A stretch of DNA of 63,030 bases, counting the filler, from Reclinomonas americana ATCC 50394 (taxonomy: Eukaryota), in assembly GCA_048213135.1 (NCBI GenBank). It is 7 parts of 3 records of this genome, joined end to end, with 100 filler letters (N's around TTAATTAATTAA, not from the genome) between each part and the next. Parts side by side here need not be neighbours in the genome. Positions count along the whole stretch, not along the records: positions 1 to 6,795 come from PS015202.1; positions 6,896 to 16,247 come from PS015202.1; 5 more parts are not named here. The stretch is one strand, 5' to 3'. A model generated the notes under the pieces. It saw only the letters and a list, made by a program, of their open reading frames with translations, was not told the DNA's origin and searched no databases. A program made the translations under genes and the position numbers. Shown here piece after piece: positions 1 through 12,200 of the stretch (positions within the stretch are counted from its first letter, which is position 1; every line of letters starts with the position of its first letter).

Positions 1-1060
1 GCTGAACGCCTCTTGCACGTCTCTGCGAGGCGAGTGAGTGGAAGCAGTGTGGGGAGGAAGACAAAGAGAGAGAGGCCGAAGAGGAAAGCTGCGAGGAAGA
101 AAGACGGCAGGAAGGAGGACGGGAAGACCGAAGGTGGACAGAAGGAGTGAGAGGGAGAAAAGGGAAGAGGAAAACGAGGCATAGCCAACGAGCGACGCGC
201 GAACAGCGCAACTTGACATCGGCCTTGAGCGACAAGGTCTCGCGCAGCGTCTGCCGATCGACGCACTCCACAATCGCACTGCGCAGCTTGTCGACCTCGG
301 CCTCCCACTCCGATCGCCCCACCTTCTTCTGCAACGCAGTGGCCACCGACTGCCGCGTGGCACGCTCCGCCAGCTCGCGATCCACCGCCTGCACATCGGC
401 CTTGGCCAGCAACGCCTGCTCCACGCGAATCCAATCGGCCTTTCGCGACATGCTCTCCTCAAAGCGCGAGAATCGCTCTTCGGTGCACTCATCGACCCAT
501 CGCCGCACATCGCCGACACTCATCTTGGCCTTGAGCGCCTCACGCACCTCATCCACGCCCGCCTTTTCGTCGAGCGCGCGCGCAATCTCATCGCTGGTCT
601 GCGCCAGCTCAGTGCGCGAGGCCGCCTCGCGCAGTCGCGACTCTGTACGCGCATCGCTCTCCGCCAACGCTCGCCGCAACGCGAGCACCTCCAGTCGCGT
701 CTCCCGCAACTCTTCCCCTTGCTCGCGCACCGTCTCCACCACTGCCTTGATCGTCCATCGCACGATATCCTAACGGCGCCCAAAAAATCAATCACTCTCT
801 CTCAAGTACGTAAGAAAGACATGCACATACTTCTCAGCCTCTCTCTCACACACACTCTCTCTCTCCTTCTCTCTTTTTCTTTTTACCTGAATGTTTCGCC
901 ATGGTCCGAGTCCTTGCGTGAGGTCGTCGACTGCGATGTCCACCAGGCGACGCACTCCAAAGGAAGAGGTGCCTCCTCCTCCTGTGCCACTGCTGCTACT
1001 GCTGCTGCCCCCGCCTGTGTGCAACAACGAGGCACTCTTCTCGAAGAATGCCGACTCCAT
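1..1060 (-). CDS. Coiled-coil protein with KA-D/V-type repeats; 3' end runs off window
   Basis: ATG at 1060 (MESAFF...GPWRNIQ), CAG|GTAAAA intron, then an open helical exon DIVRWTIKAVVETVREQ...SLKADVK; donor GTTGCGC at 212 joins to ..DVQEAFS at the window edge. Confidence 0.65.
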
Positions 1061-1291
1061 TGTCGACGATGGTTTTGAACGAACGTCGCGACGTCGGCGA
1101 TCGTTTGGTGGAGGACGCGCGAACAGTACGTAAAGTTTTGGCGGGTTGTGGAGACGTTTCCTTTGCTGCGTCTGTGACTGTGAAGAGGAACACAAAGTCG
1201 GCTTCTTGCTTTGCTGCCTGCGCTGATCAGTATTCTGAAATTGCATGGCGTGACACGACTTTACACATTGCACGAGAGCTCATCGTCGGCG

Positions 1292-2518
1292 ATGGAAGGC
1301 GTGTGCGTCGATCCGCAGCTCACGCTCTACGAATCTGATGTTGACAGTCCGGGTGACTATGTGGAGTCGGATGAGGAGGAAGAGATCTGCGGAAACTTTG
1401 CTGCAGCTAGCGCTGCCACCACCGTCCGCGAGGGCGAAGACGACTTGCTTGCCGTCACCATGCCCGACTTGCCCATGCTGCGCGACGACTTGAATGCGCA
1501 GGAACGGTGGCTGTGGCACGAAGGCTTCCCGTGGCCCGAGGATGGTCCTTTCAGGTTCCAGTTCGTCAGGATCACCAGCCGCACGAAGCTGTCGCCCGCA
1601 GATGCATGTGCGTACGTACGAGAGTGAGCGTCCGTGCCCACAGTGCCCTCACCTTCGTGTTGTCGACACCCTGCAGGCTTCGCTGTGTACCTTCGGACGC
1701 TGCACACGAGCTCTCACGGCGGCGACCACCCTCAGGCCAGCCCGCTCGATTACGACGTGGCTTTTGCGGAGGAGGTGTTTGTGCGACTGGCCATGCAAGT
1801 CCTTGCCGAAGAGACCATGGCGCTGGTCCTCGAAGCCTGCAACGAGCGACTGGGTCGAGACGGCACACTCATCTTCCTCCGCATTCTCTGTGTGGATGGT
1901 GGAGTGGGAGCTTGGTGGCTGCGAGAGCAGATTTACGACGACCCGAAGCTGCGGCCCCTCGGCAACTTCGCGATGCTGGAGGTTGAACGAGAGGCCAGGC
2001 CAGAGCGCGACTTCCCCGACTCGTATGCTGCTTGTCGCGAAGAGCTGCAGCGGATTCGTACGATCTCCAGGAGACTGTGGACGCGTATCATGACTCGGGC
2101 TCTTGGAGGCTCTGCCGCACCTTCCGAGGTCGAATCGGCAAAATCGTCGCGCTCATGTACCGCAGCTGAAGTGGAGGAGGCCTTGCGTGCCGCCGCTCGC
2201 CTCGGCGGATCATGGAACGAAGAGATTCTCGGCCCCAGGCCTCGCACCTACGCGTGGGATGAAGCGACGGATCCACTGCCTGATCCACGCTTCTACAGCC
2301 ACTGCGATCTGGCCATTCTGGGGTACGCCAAGGGTCACCCTCCGTGGTGCAGGGAGCATGCATCCGTGCCGAGCTTGGTGGATGTCAACTTCCCCTGCTT
2401 GCGCCAAGGGTGTCGTGAAGTGAGTGGCGAAGTGAGTGGTGAAGTGAGGGGTGAAGTAAGTGCTGAAGTGAGGGGTGAAGAGAGTGGTGGAGTCAGTGGT
2501 GAAGTCAGCGGTGATTAA
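1292..2518 (+). CDS. Hypothetical protein, 2 exons, EVSG-repeat C-terminal tail
   Basis: Two long coding-like ORFs joined in frame by a GTGCGT...CTGCAG intron (~1608-1676). Confidence 0.6.
2417..2513 (+). repeat. 12-bp coding tandem repeat (GAAGTGAGTGGT-like x8, EVSG)
   Basis: Directly visible periodicity. Confidence 0.9.
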
Positions 2519-2578
2519 AACGTACCGCTTGGGTTGGTTCAAACAATGCTTCCGCATGTATCACAAAACACCGCAGCC

Positions 2579-3442
2579 TTACGGCGGCGATGCAGCTCGC
2601 AAAAAAGCTTGCACCGCAGGCTCACACTCACTGGGTGGGGGTGCAGAGGCGGCCCAGAAGGCAAGGCGGCTGCGGTCGTCGGGAGCAATGGCCAGCTGCG
2701 GCGGAACCTCCAGGTGGAACTCGTAAATGTCGCCGGTGCGGTCGCGGTGGAAGAGCAGACCGAGCTGGGTGGGGAGGCAGTGAGATAAGCCTTTGCACGG
2801 GATATGCGAAGAGAAGCAACACTGAGCGCAACTTGCATGTACACCAGTTCGACCGACTCTTGGTAGCACTCGATAGAAACAACTGCGCGTGCCGGCGAAG
2901 AAGTGTGAGCGAGTGAGCACATGCAGTCGAGCGGCAGCAACAACACCCGCGCACCATCCTTGAAGTCGTCGGTGATCTCCGTGTCGGTGCTCACGGCTTC
3001 GGAGGGCGGCACCAGGCCGAAGGCGTTGCGCCACCGGTAGTAGTCCTCCCAGATCTGTGTGTTCTGAGTGACTTGCCAGCACTCTGAAAAACTCAGCCCA
3101 CCACACACCAACACACCTCGGCACTCCACAGCGACGCTTTGCGGTGGAGACGACGGGTGCACTCGGCCAGAATGAGATCCGTCAGGCCGCCGGGCATCAG
3201 CTCCGGTGGAAACTCTGGTTCCGTTTCCAGGAACGACAGCAGCGAGTGACACGCATACGAGGCGTCGTGCTCAGCACTCCACGAGTACGAATCCTACACA
3301 CACGTCGAGTCAAATCACCGCGTTTTTTCCCACTCCGCGCTTCGTGCATGAAACCTTGTCGGCCTGCCCGTGCAACGTCTGCACGCAGTGCAACACTTCG
3401 TGGCACGGCACTCGAAAGGCATCCCTGTGCAGGCACATGCAA
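2579..3442 (-). CDS. Hypothetical multi-exon protein, possibly F-box-like N-terminus
   Basis: Exons join in frame: ..RCCRSWKRNQ/SLWSAE/IWEDYYRW../..ELVYMQ|GTTGCGC(2832)/LGLLFHRD..stop 2579. Start uncertain. Confidence 0.4.
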
Positions 3443-3459
3443 AGTGAGCAGCGGGAGGC

Positions 3460-4170
3460 GAGGGAAGAGGAGTCAGAGAGAAGAAAGGAGAGGAGAGGAG
3501 AAGAAAAAGAAGAGAAGAGAAGAGAAGAAGAAATGCATGCGCAGTGAGCAGCGGGAGGCGAGGGGATTCGGAGTCAGAAAACAAAAAAAGGAAGAGAAGA
3601 TGAGGGATTGAAGGAGAAAAGAGCAGAGAAAGAACAGAGAAAGAAGAGAGAAAAGAAGAGAGCAAAGAAGAGAGAAGAGAAAAGAAGAGAGAAGAGAAGA
3701 GAGAAGAGTAGAGGTGAGAGGAGAAGAGAAGAAGAAATGAAGTGAACTACCAGAAGAGAAACACGAGAAGAGAGGGAGTCTTCTCTCCACTTCTCTTCTC
3801 ATCTCTCCTGTCTTCTCCTCTTCTCTTCCACTTTTTCTTCCTTTCTTCTCTTTTCTTTTTTCCTTGTTCTTCTCACTCTTATTCTTCTATTCTCTTCTTC
3901 TCTCCTCTTCTCTTCTCTCCCACGTTTTTCACCTTTCTTCTTTTCTGTTTCATCCTCACCTCTTCTCTTCTCCTCTCCTCTCCTCTCCTCTCTTTTCTTC
4001 TCTCCTCTTCGCTCCTTCTTCTCCTCTTCTCTCCCATTTTTCACCTTCCTTCTTTCTCTTTTTTATTCTCACCTCTTCTCTCCTTCTCCTCTCTTTTTCT
4101 CTTCTCTTCCCTTCTCAGTTCTTCTCTTATCTTCATGCCTTTCTCTCTCTTTCCCCCATCTCCCTCCCCT
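3460..4170. repeat. Polypurine tract followed directly by polypyrimidine tract
   Basis: AG-rich ~3460-3778, CT-rich ~3779-4170. Confidence 0.85.
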
Positions 4171-5071
4171 TTTCCCGACTGTACTTTGCCTCGTCCACGC
4201 ACAAGAACTGTATCAAGTAGCAGCGGCGATCGCTGAGACACCGACGCTTCATCTCCTCCAGGTGCGACGGCGGCAACTTGTTCGGATCCGGGTAGACCAC
4301 TGTCGAGTTTGCACCGTCGGCTATACAACGCAGAGCATCAGCAGCGAAAGAAAGACAGCAGGTTAGAGACCTCGAGGAACAGCGCACCACAATAGGAGAC
4401 CTCGTACTGGATCATGAAGTCGACACCCGACGGCACTACATGCACGACCGGTCAGCGTACTGCCCAACGAAGGTAAGACAAGCTCGTGGGCGACTCACCC
4501 AACGGTGTCACATGGATCTTCTCCAGCCCCGCGACATCGATCCACGGACACGCTCGTCGCACCGCACGCAACGCCGCCTGCACACTCACATCGACCACAT
4601 GTCCGTAATCGAAATGCTGCGGAACATCCAAGTACACCTCCAGTCGATCGCGCAACGCCACCACTTGCCCCACTGTCAACATCGACTCTTCCCCGATCTG
4701 CAAACCGGCCATGAGAAGGACAGACTCTTGCTTGTCTCTCTCTCTTGCTTGTGTCTCTCATTCACCAGTGACAGAGTGAAACAAGTGTCGCCTCGATGAT
4801 GCAATGTGAGACTAAGTCGCGCCAGATCGTCGAGCAATCCATCGTGCATTGCGCGTCGGAAGAAGCGCACATCAAAGATGGAGTTGGAGGCACTGGCGAG
4901 GTCCCACACTGCTTCTCCAGTGTGTGTCTGAGTGGTGGTGGCCTCGGCGTGCCACCACGGGCATGCAGCGGAGAGGCAGAAGCAGTCGAGGAGGTGCAGG
5001 ACGCGCAGTTGGCGAATGATGGACACACCGCAGTCGGGGAGCAGTGAGTCGAGCCAGGCCAGGTCGTCCAT
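4133..5071 (-). CDS. Hypothetical protein with F-box-like N-terminus, 4 exons
   Basis: MDDLAWLDSLLPDCGVSIIRQL...LSAACPWW resembles the F-box pattern; three GT-AG introns restore the frame. Confidence 0.5.
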
Positions 5072-5286
5072 GGCACACGCACACACAGAGAGAAGGAGAG
5101 TGAGAAGTCCTTTCGTTGTCCTTCAGCTTTTTCGAACACACATAATGCATTTANNNNNNNNNNNNNNNNNNNNNNNNNNNNNNCCTCCTCCCCTCACAAA
5201 GAAAAGAATCAACAAACACAACAGAAATCCACTCTCATACACACTCATATTCGCCCCTTGTGTGTGTGTGTAAAGGGGACACTCAC

Positions 5287-5719
5287 CTGGAAGTCACGCA
5301 ATCCCAGCAGCACAATGTCTCCCACTTGAATCCACACCTTCTTTCGCAACTTGCCACGAATGTGACACAATCGCTTCTTCCCGTCAAAGCACTGCGCCTC
5401 AAGTCGCCCGTTGCCAAGCATACGCAACACTTGCGCGTACTCTAAGAGAGAGAGACACACACACACACAAAGAGAGAAAAGTGAGTGAGACATTTCACAC
5501 TTGCACACACTGACTTTTGTTTCTTGTCTGTTGTTCCTCACTTTAGTGTTGTGCGCATGTCTCTCTCTTAGTGTGCCTCTGTGTGTGTGTGTGCGTGTGA
5601 GGAGGTGTCCCTGAAATAGACTGACCTTGGCCTTCCTCGCGAATGATCAAGTCGCGCTTGACTTCTGAGTGCGAGGTGCGGCTCTTGCTGTTCTTGCCAG
5701 TCTTCTTCTTCTTCGGCAT
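5287..5719 (-). CDS. EIF1A: Translation initiation factor eIF1A (exons 1-2; 3' exon missing, probably in gap)
   Basis: Exon 5719-5626 MPKKKK...[11 protein letters not shown] plus exon 5441-5287 [52 protein letters not shown]. Confidence 0.95.
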
Positions 5720-5812
5720 TCTTGTCTGCTCTCTGCTGTTGCTTCGTTGATCGAATCAGTGTGCGGACAAGGTTGTCCTATGTACATTTGTTTGCCCAAC
5801 TTCGTGCCTTTG

Positions 5813-5956
5813 CTAACGACTTGATCCGGCACGAACGGGCGCTTGCTGTTGTTGCTGTTGCTGTTGCTGTTGCTGTTGTTGTTGTGCTTGTTGCATGACG
5901 TAGTCCATCAGCGCTCGTTGCTGCTCTTGTTCACTTCGCTGGGCGAGCTCTTGTGC
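5813..5956 (-). CDS. Terminal exon of an unidentified gene (poly-Q)
   Basis: Branch site and CACAG acceptor, then AQELAQRSEQEQQRALMDYVMQQ..Q(n)..stop. Confidence 0.5.
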   Translation of the reverse strand, partial: AQELAQRSEQEQQRALMDYVMQQAQQQQQQQQQQQQQQAPVRAGSSR

Positions 5957-6089
5957 CTGTGAGACGGGTGGCGTGTGAGTAAGCGGATCGATGGGGAGAT
6001 GAGGGATGGGGGATAGTACGCGTATGAGGCAACTTTGGGAGAGAAGGGAAGAGAGGGGAAGAGAAACGAGACTGGACAGGTTCAGCAAG

Positions 6090-6730
6090 CATTGGAAGCC
6101 ACGCCAACGACGAACGAGCGAGGGAAGGAGGAAGGAAGAAGCGAGAGGACAAGAGAGCAAGAGAGCATGCACCCATTTGCAGACACAGTTGTGAATCGTC
6201 TGCACCTGCCACAGAAGCCAAACAATCCGGCGGCTCAAGCACAAAATGCACAGAAAATGCGCCAGCGACGAGCGAGCAAGAGAAAGAGGAAAGGAAAGGA
6301 GAGCGATGACGAGAGCGTGCACCTACATATATGTACAGACGAGCACAGTTGCACAATCGTCTGCACTTGCAGCAGAAAGAAACCAGACAATCCGGCGGCT
6401 CAAGCTCAAAATGCACAGAAACAACGCCGACGACGAACTGGTGGGAGAATGGGAGAGGAAACGAGAGAACAGGCCAACAAGAGAGCGTGCATCTATGTAC
6501 AGACGAGCACAGTTGCACAATCGTCTGCACGTGCCACAAAGAAACCAGACAAGCCGGATCATGCTCAAAATGCACACAAACCACGCCAGCGACGAACGGG
6601 TGGGAGAATGGGAGAAGAGGAGGAAGAAGTACGCTAGAGAGTGCACCTATTTACAGACACGCGTGGTCGTGCGATCGTCCGCACTTGCCAGTCAAAAAAC
6701 CGGTCACAAGCTCAAAATGCAACAGACAAT
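6090..6730. repeat. Degenerate tandem repeat, ~147-165 bp x4
   Basis: AAAATGCA anchors at ~6243, 6408, 6567, 6714; shared CAGAC...CGTCTGCAC block. Confidence 0.85.
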
Positions 6731-6750
6731 ACACCAGAATACTCTCTCTC

Positions 6751-6795
<45 letters not shown>

Positions 6796-6839
6796 NNNNN
6801 NNNNNNNNNNNNNNNNNNNNNNNNNNNNNNNNNNNNNNN

Positions 6840-6851
6840 TTAATTAATTAA
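6840..6851. other. Artificial scaffold linker TTAATTAATTAA in N padding (also 16292, 19713, 35080, 52831, 59462)
   Basis: Identical six-frame-stop 12-mer flanked by equal N runs, six times. Confidence 0.97.
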
Positions 6852-6897
6852 NNNNNNNNNNNNNNNNNNNNNNNNNNNNNNNNNNNNNNNNNNNNCG

Positions 6898-6945
<48 letters not shown>

Positions 6946-7366
6946 TTGGAGGATCGTGTGAGAGAACGCAGTCAAGACCGATCAGAGTCAACAACAGATC
7001 GAGTCATGCTCAAAGTGCACTGTGACACGCCACGCACGACACACAACGCACGCTCGATCTCTGTGCGCGAGAAGTGATGCAGCAAGAAGAGTGCACACAC
7101 AGAACAGAACATCACAAGACTGATGCAATCACGATGAGTGTGCACGTGCGTGAGCAGCTAAGTGTACATGAGAGAGAGTGTGTGTAAGTGAGTGAGTGTG
7201 TGCGAGAGAGAGAGAGTCTTGCGGTTGAAGTGCATCGTGACGGAGTACTCCGACAATCACTGCTCCACTTCACCGCGAACAAGAACACAGTCACACACAC
7301 ACACACACACACACAAAGAGAAAGCACTCTCTCTAACGCTCTCTCTCTCTCTCACTCTCACTCTCA

Positions 7367-7397
<31 letters not shown>

Positions 7398-7530
7398 CGC
7401 ACAAGATGCTCAGATGCACACAACGCGGTGCTCAAACATGACAAATCATCACCACCTCTGTCACAAACTGAACAACATTGCACTCTCTCTTCCCTTCTCT
7501 TCTTCCTCTCTCACACAGACACAAGCTCAC

Positions 7531-7698
7531 CTGTGCCACTGGCAACGCCACACCCAGCTTGGCATGCACTGAGCCAGGCACCACCACAAACTCCGCCTCA
7601 CCCCGTCTCCCGCGCACCAACCGCTCCTCCTTTCGCCGCCTCCACTCCTCCAACTTCAAGTGCTGCTGTTGTTGCTGTTGCTGTTGTTGCTGTGACAT
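7531..7698 (-). CDS. Possible first exon of an unidentified gene
   Basis: MSQ(n)HLKLEEWRRRKEERL...VAQ ending at CAG|GTGAGC; downstream exons not resolved. Confidence 0.35.
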
Positions 7699-7739
7699 GT
7701 GTGCGCGCTCTCACAAGGGGAAGAGGAATGAAGATGATG

Positions 7740-8375
7740 GGACAACGGACAGTCGCTCGCCGTTTCGAACTGTCCGCATCGCTCTTTTCTCGATCCGTAA
7801 GAGGCATTCGTGCATGATAAGAACAATGCCTCGTAGGCGATCCTCTCCTCTTCTGCATTCTGCGTGCATCCTTCGTTTTTGTGCTTGGTGGACAACGGAC
7901 AGACGCTCGCCGTTGCAGAACTGTCCATTTCGCTTTTCTCTCGCTCCCGCTGTTGCATTCGTTCATAATAAGAACGGGACCTCGTTGGCGATCCTCTCCA
8001 CCACCCCATTCTGCGCTCATCCATCGTTTTTCGAGCGAGGCGGTCGACAGACGCGCTCGCCGTTACAGAACTGTCCATTTCGCTTTTCGCAATTGCATTC
8101 CTGGCACTGAGAACGCAACATACTAGGCGATCCTCTTCACTACCGCATTCTGCGTGCATCCGTCGTTTTTTCATCCTCGGCGAACATGGACAGAGAATAC
8201 GAATTCGAAGAACTGTCCATATCCCTTTTTCCTCACCATTAACGTTCCTGCATACCGGGCGTTGAAGCCGCCTGCATTTGCTTCTCTCATCCTCCACAAA
8301 CTGTGACTCCTTTCACTTCGATATTTGGAGGACAGTGGCGCTCGCTCTGTCCCACACTGTCCATGTCGTTTCCTC
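7740..8375. repeat. Degenerate ~143-150 bp tandem array x5 with GACAG...CTGTCC inverted repeat
   Basis: (G)GACAG anchors at 7747, 7897, 8045, 8188, 8330. Confidence 0.85.
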
Positions 8376-9014
8376 TTTTCATTNNNNNNNNNNNNNNNNN
8401 NNNNNNNNNNNNNNNNNNNNNNNNNNNNNNNNNNNNNNNNNNNNNNNNNNNNNNNNNNNNNNNNNNNNNNNNNNNNNNNNNNNNNNNNNNNNNNNNNNNN
8501 NNNNNNNNNNNNNNNNNNNNNNNNNNNNNNNNNNNNNNNNNNNNNNNNNNNNNNNNNNNNNNNNNNNNNNNNNNNNNNNNNNNNNNNNNNNNNNNNNNNN
8601 NNNNNNNNNNNNNNNNNNNNNNNNNNNNNNNNNNNNNNNNNNNNNNNNNNNNNNNNNNNNNNNNNNNNNNNNNNNNNNNNNNNNNNNNNNNNNNNNNNNN
8701 NNNNNNNNNNNNNNNNNNNNNNNNNNNNNNNNNNNNNNNNNNNNNNNNNNNNNNNNNNNNNNNNNNNNNNNNNNNNNNNNNNNNNNNNNNNNNNNNNNNN
8801 NNNNNNNNNNNNNNNNNNNNNNNNNNNNNNNNNNNNNNNNNNNNNNNNNNNNNNNNNNNNNNNNNNNNNNNNNNNNNNNNNNNNNNNNNNNNNNNNNNNN
8901 NNNNNNNNNNNNNNNNNNNTTCTCTCTCTCTCACTCACTCGCGCTCACTCTCCCTCCCTCCCTCCCTCACTCTCTCACTCACTCACTCACTCACTCTCTC
9001 ACTCACTCATACAG

Positions 9015-9216
9015 TCTCGTTCTGTGAGCAACAAGCATGCGGTGCTGGAGTTTGCGAGTCGCCCGGGAGCGGCGGGCGGAGGTTATGTGGCCACACTGAC
9101 CGACTGCAACTCACGCAACGCCACCTTTGTGAACGAGCGACGCATCTCTGGCACCTCGGCGGTCGTGCAGCATGGCGATCTGTTGCGATTTGGCTTTGAT
9201 AATGGTGCGATTTGGT

Positions 9217-9252
<36 letters not shown>

Positions 9253-12200
9253 AAGAAGAACAGCAACAGAAACAGCAAGACACCGAGGAAGCAGAAAAGT
9301 TCGAGGAGGAGAGGAACAACAACAGCAAGACTATGAGGAAGAGAAGGAGGACGAGAAGAAGAAGAAGAAGAACAGCAACAGCAAAAGCAAGGCAACGAGG
9401 GGGAGGAGGAGAAGAAGGAGTAGAAGAAGAGAAGCAGCAAAACAACGAGGAAGAAGAGGAGGAGAAGAGGAAGAACAGCAAGAGCAAGGCAACGAGGGGG
9501 AGGAGGAGGAGAAGAACAAGAACAGCAACAGAAAAAGCAAGACAACTAGGAAGAGGAGAAGAACAAGAACAGCAACAGCAAGACAACGAGGAAGAGGAGG
9601 AGAAGGAGAAGAAAAAGAACAGCAAGCGATGAATCTGCTCGAGCTGTGGTGCACGTCGAACGAGCTGGACGCTAAGCGCTTGCTTTTACGTCTGCATGCG
9701 TTGGGCTCGACGGCATCGGCAATGTACGGCCGTGTGTTTGAGGAGTACGCCCACACGGAAGACGAAGTAGAAGAAGAGCAAGACAAGGAGGGAGAAGAAG
9801 AACAAGAAGAAGAAGAAGAAGAGCAACAGCAAGACAACGAGGAAGAGGAGGAGAAGGAGAGGAAGAAGAACAGCAACAGCAAGACGACGTGGAAGAGGAG
9901 GAGAAGGAGAAGAACAAGAACAGCAACAGCAAGAAAACGAGGAAGTGGAGGAGAAGAAGAAGAGCGAATCAACGCCGACAGGCACCTTCTCCACACCCTC
10001 CCTCTCTCTCTCCTCTCCCCTCACCTTTCCCTTTCCCACCCTCCTTTCCCTCTCCTCACCCTCCTTTCCCTCTCCTCACCCCCTCTCCTCATTCTCCCCC
10101 TGCCGCATCGCAGCATCATATCGATTTGAGATGCTACCGGGTCAACGCAGTGGCACCATCGTGGCGACTGCCGCAGCGGCCGCTCGAGGCCGCCCATCAT
10201 CGGCATCCGCCTCGCGACCCGCCGTGTCGGCAGTCAACGCAGCGCTGGCGCGTGGTCGCTCGTCGCCGGTGCGTGGCGCCGGTGGAAAGAAGGCGATTGC
10301 GGCACTGGCGCGGCCGCTGATGGCGGGTGAGCCGGAGCGTGTGCACGTGGGCAAGTCGGGATCGGCTGCGGCGCGGCAGGCTGGCGAGGAGGGTGGAGTG
10401 GTGGCCGATGCGTCGTCGTCGTCGGCGTCGGCGTCGTCGGTGCGCGACCTGCCACGCAATGTGCCGCGTGCGTCGCCGTCTCCACTCCGTCGCATGCAGG
10501 ATCGCATGCAACAGCAGCAGCAGCAACAGCAACAGCAGGAATCACAGGCCATGGCCATGGGGTCGTACGATTCATCGCCCGACGAATCCAAGCCGCCACC
10601 GATTGCGCCGTTCCGACATGCAAGTTGCGCTTGTCGCAGCAGCAGTCATGCGGTGTCTCTGTCCATGCACTCATCCTTTCGCGCGACTGCAGGTCGGAGC
10701 CGCGAACCACCCGCGCACTCCATCTCCTTCCCCACGGCTGCCGGTACGTCGTACTATGCCGGCGATATGCAGGTGGTGGAGGGGCCGACGACCGTGATGA
10801 ATATGCCGCCGCCTGGCGATGCGACCAGCACCGCCCCCTCTGCTCCCACCACTCCCGTCTTGACACCAGCACCAGCACCACCTCCCGCCTCAGTCCCATT
10901 GCTCACTGATTCAGCGTATGTGGCCGGATTGCACGAGCAGAGGGCACGGGCCGAGGCGGAGGCACGCATGCTGCGCGAGCGGGAGTTGGAGGATTTGAGA
11001 CGGCGGGCATCGCTGGCGGAGACCAAGGACACACAGATGAATATGCAGCAGCGCAAGGTGGATGAGCTGCAGGCGCGTCTCGATCGGTTGGAGAGCTCGG
11101 GGAATCTGCAGGAGGCGCTAATGGCGCCACCGTCACCGCCACTGAGATCCATGACACCGCCACGCATGATGTCACCGGTGTCCAAGGCAGCCACTCCGGG
11201 TTCGGTGCCGGTGCTGATGGATCAGTCCAGCATGCGCCGACTGCAGGAGGTGTGCGAGCAGGCACACGATTTGCGTGCGCACCTGGAGCGTGTGGCGTCG
11301 CAGACGTCGGAGATTCAGCGACGCGAGCCCAGTGTGCAGAGTCGATGGTGCGTCTATGTCACTGTCCACTCGCTTACCTGTCAAGTGTGCCAATACTTCT
11401 CGTCCGTGCAGGTCTGACGGCAGTGGATTTGGCGGCGTTGGCGGCGGTGGTGGTGACATGGGCGAAGACGAGAATCCACTGTCCATGTTGGTGGACCTGC
11501 AATCGGCATTGACGGCGGCTCGTGATGCACTGGCCATGCAGGAGCAGGTGTGCGCGACCAGAGAGATGCACACGAGAGGCATGTCACATCTCTGACGACT
11601 TGTTTTGTTGGTGCAGATGAACAAGGAGCGTGAGGCGGCGGAGGAATGGAAAAAGGCCAGCATGCGCGAGTCTGGCATTCAAGTGGACACCATGCAAGCC
11701 GATCGCAAGGCTCTGGTCGACAAGAGTCTGGCACTGCGCTCGTTCATTTCGTTGCGCACTCTCCCTTTGTCTCACTATTCGTGCGTACCGTGGTCACTGA
11801 CACGACTGTGCACTGCAGTGATTTGCAACGCGACAATCAGAGATTACGTGTGGATGTGTACACATTGAATAGACAGGTGGAGGGCTTGCGACGAGACCAG
11901 TCGGCACAGCGGACCGTGGCACTGAAGAAGGCGCTGCGGAAATGTCGCAAGGAGTTGTCGATGACAGAGGCTGAGGTGAGGGTGAACGAGAGATTGATGG
12001 AGTGGAGAGACTCGGAACTGAATGAGTTCATGCTGGCAGTTGGAAACCATTTACGGTACGATGCGAGAGGAACACGGGGAACTGAGTGTGGCGCAAGCTA
12101 AGGAGATTGCTCGCTTGCGTAAGTTGATTGAGGAGTTGGTGAGTACACTCTTCCCCCTCCAATGTCTTGGTGACCTGCGCTGCTCACACTGGCGATGGGT

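Noticed and set aside
4676-4678. Apparent in-frame stops suggesting a variant genetic code (here and in many ORFs)
   Set aside because: Resolved by short GT-AG introns; TAA, TAG and TGA all serve as normal stops.
7740-8375. CRISPR-like interpretation of the array
   Set aside because: Eukaryotic context, no cas genes, repeats not identical and 'spacers' homologous to each other.
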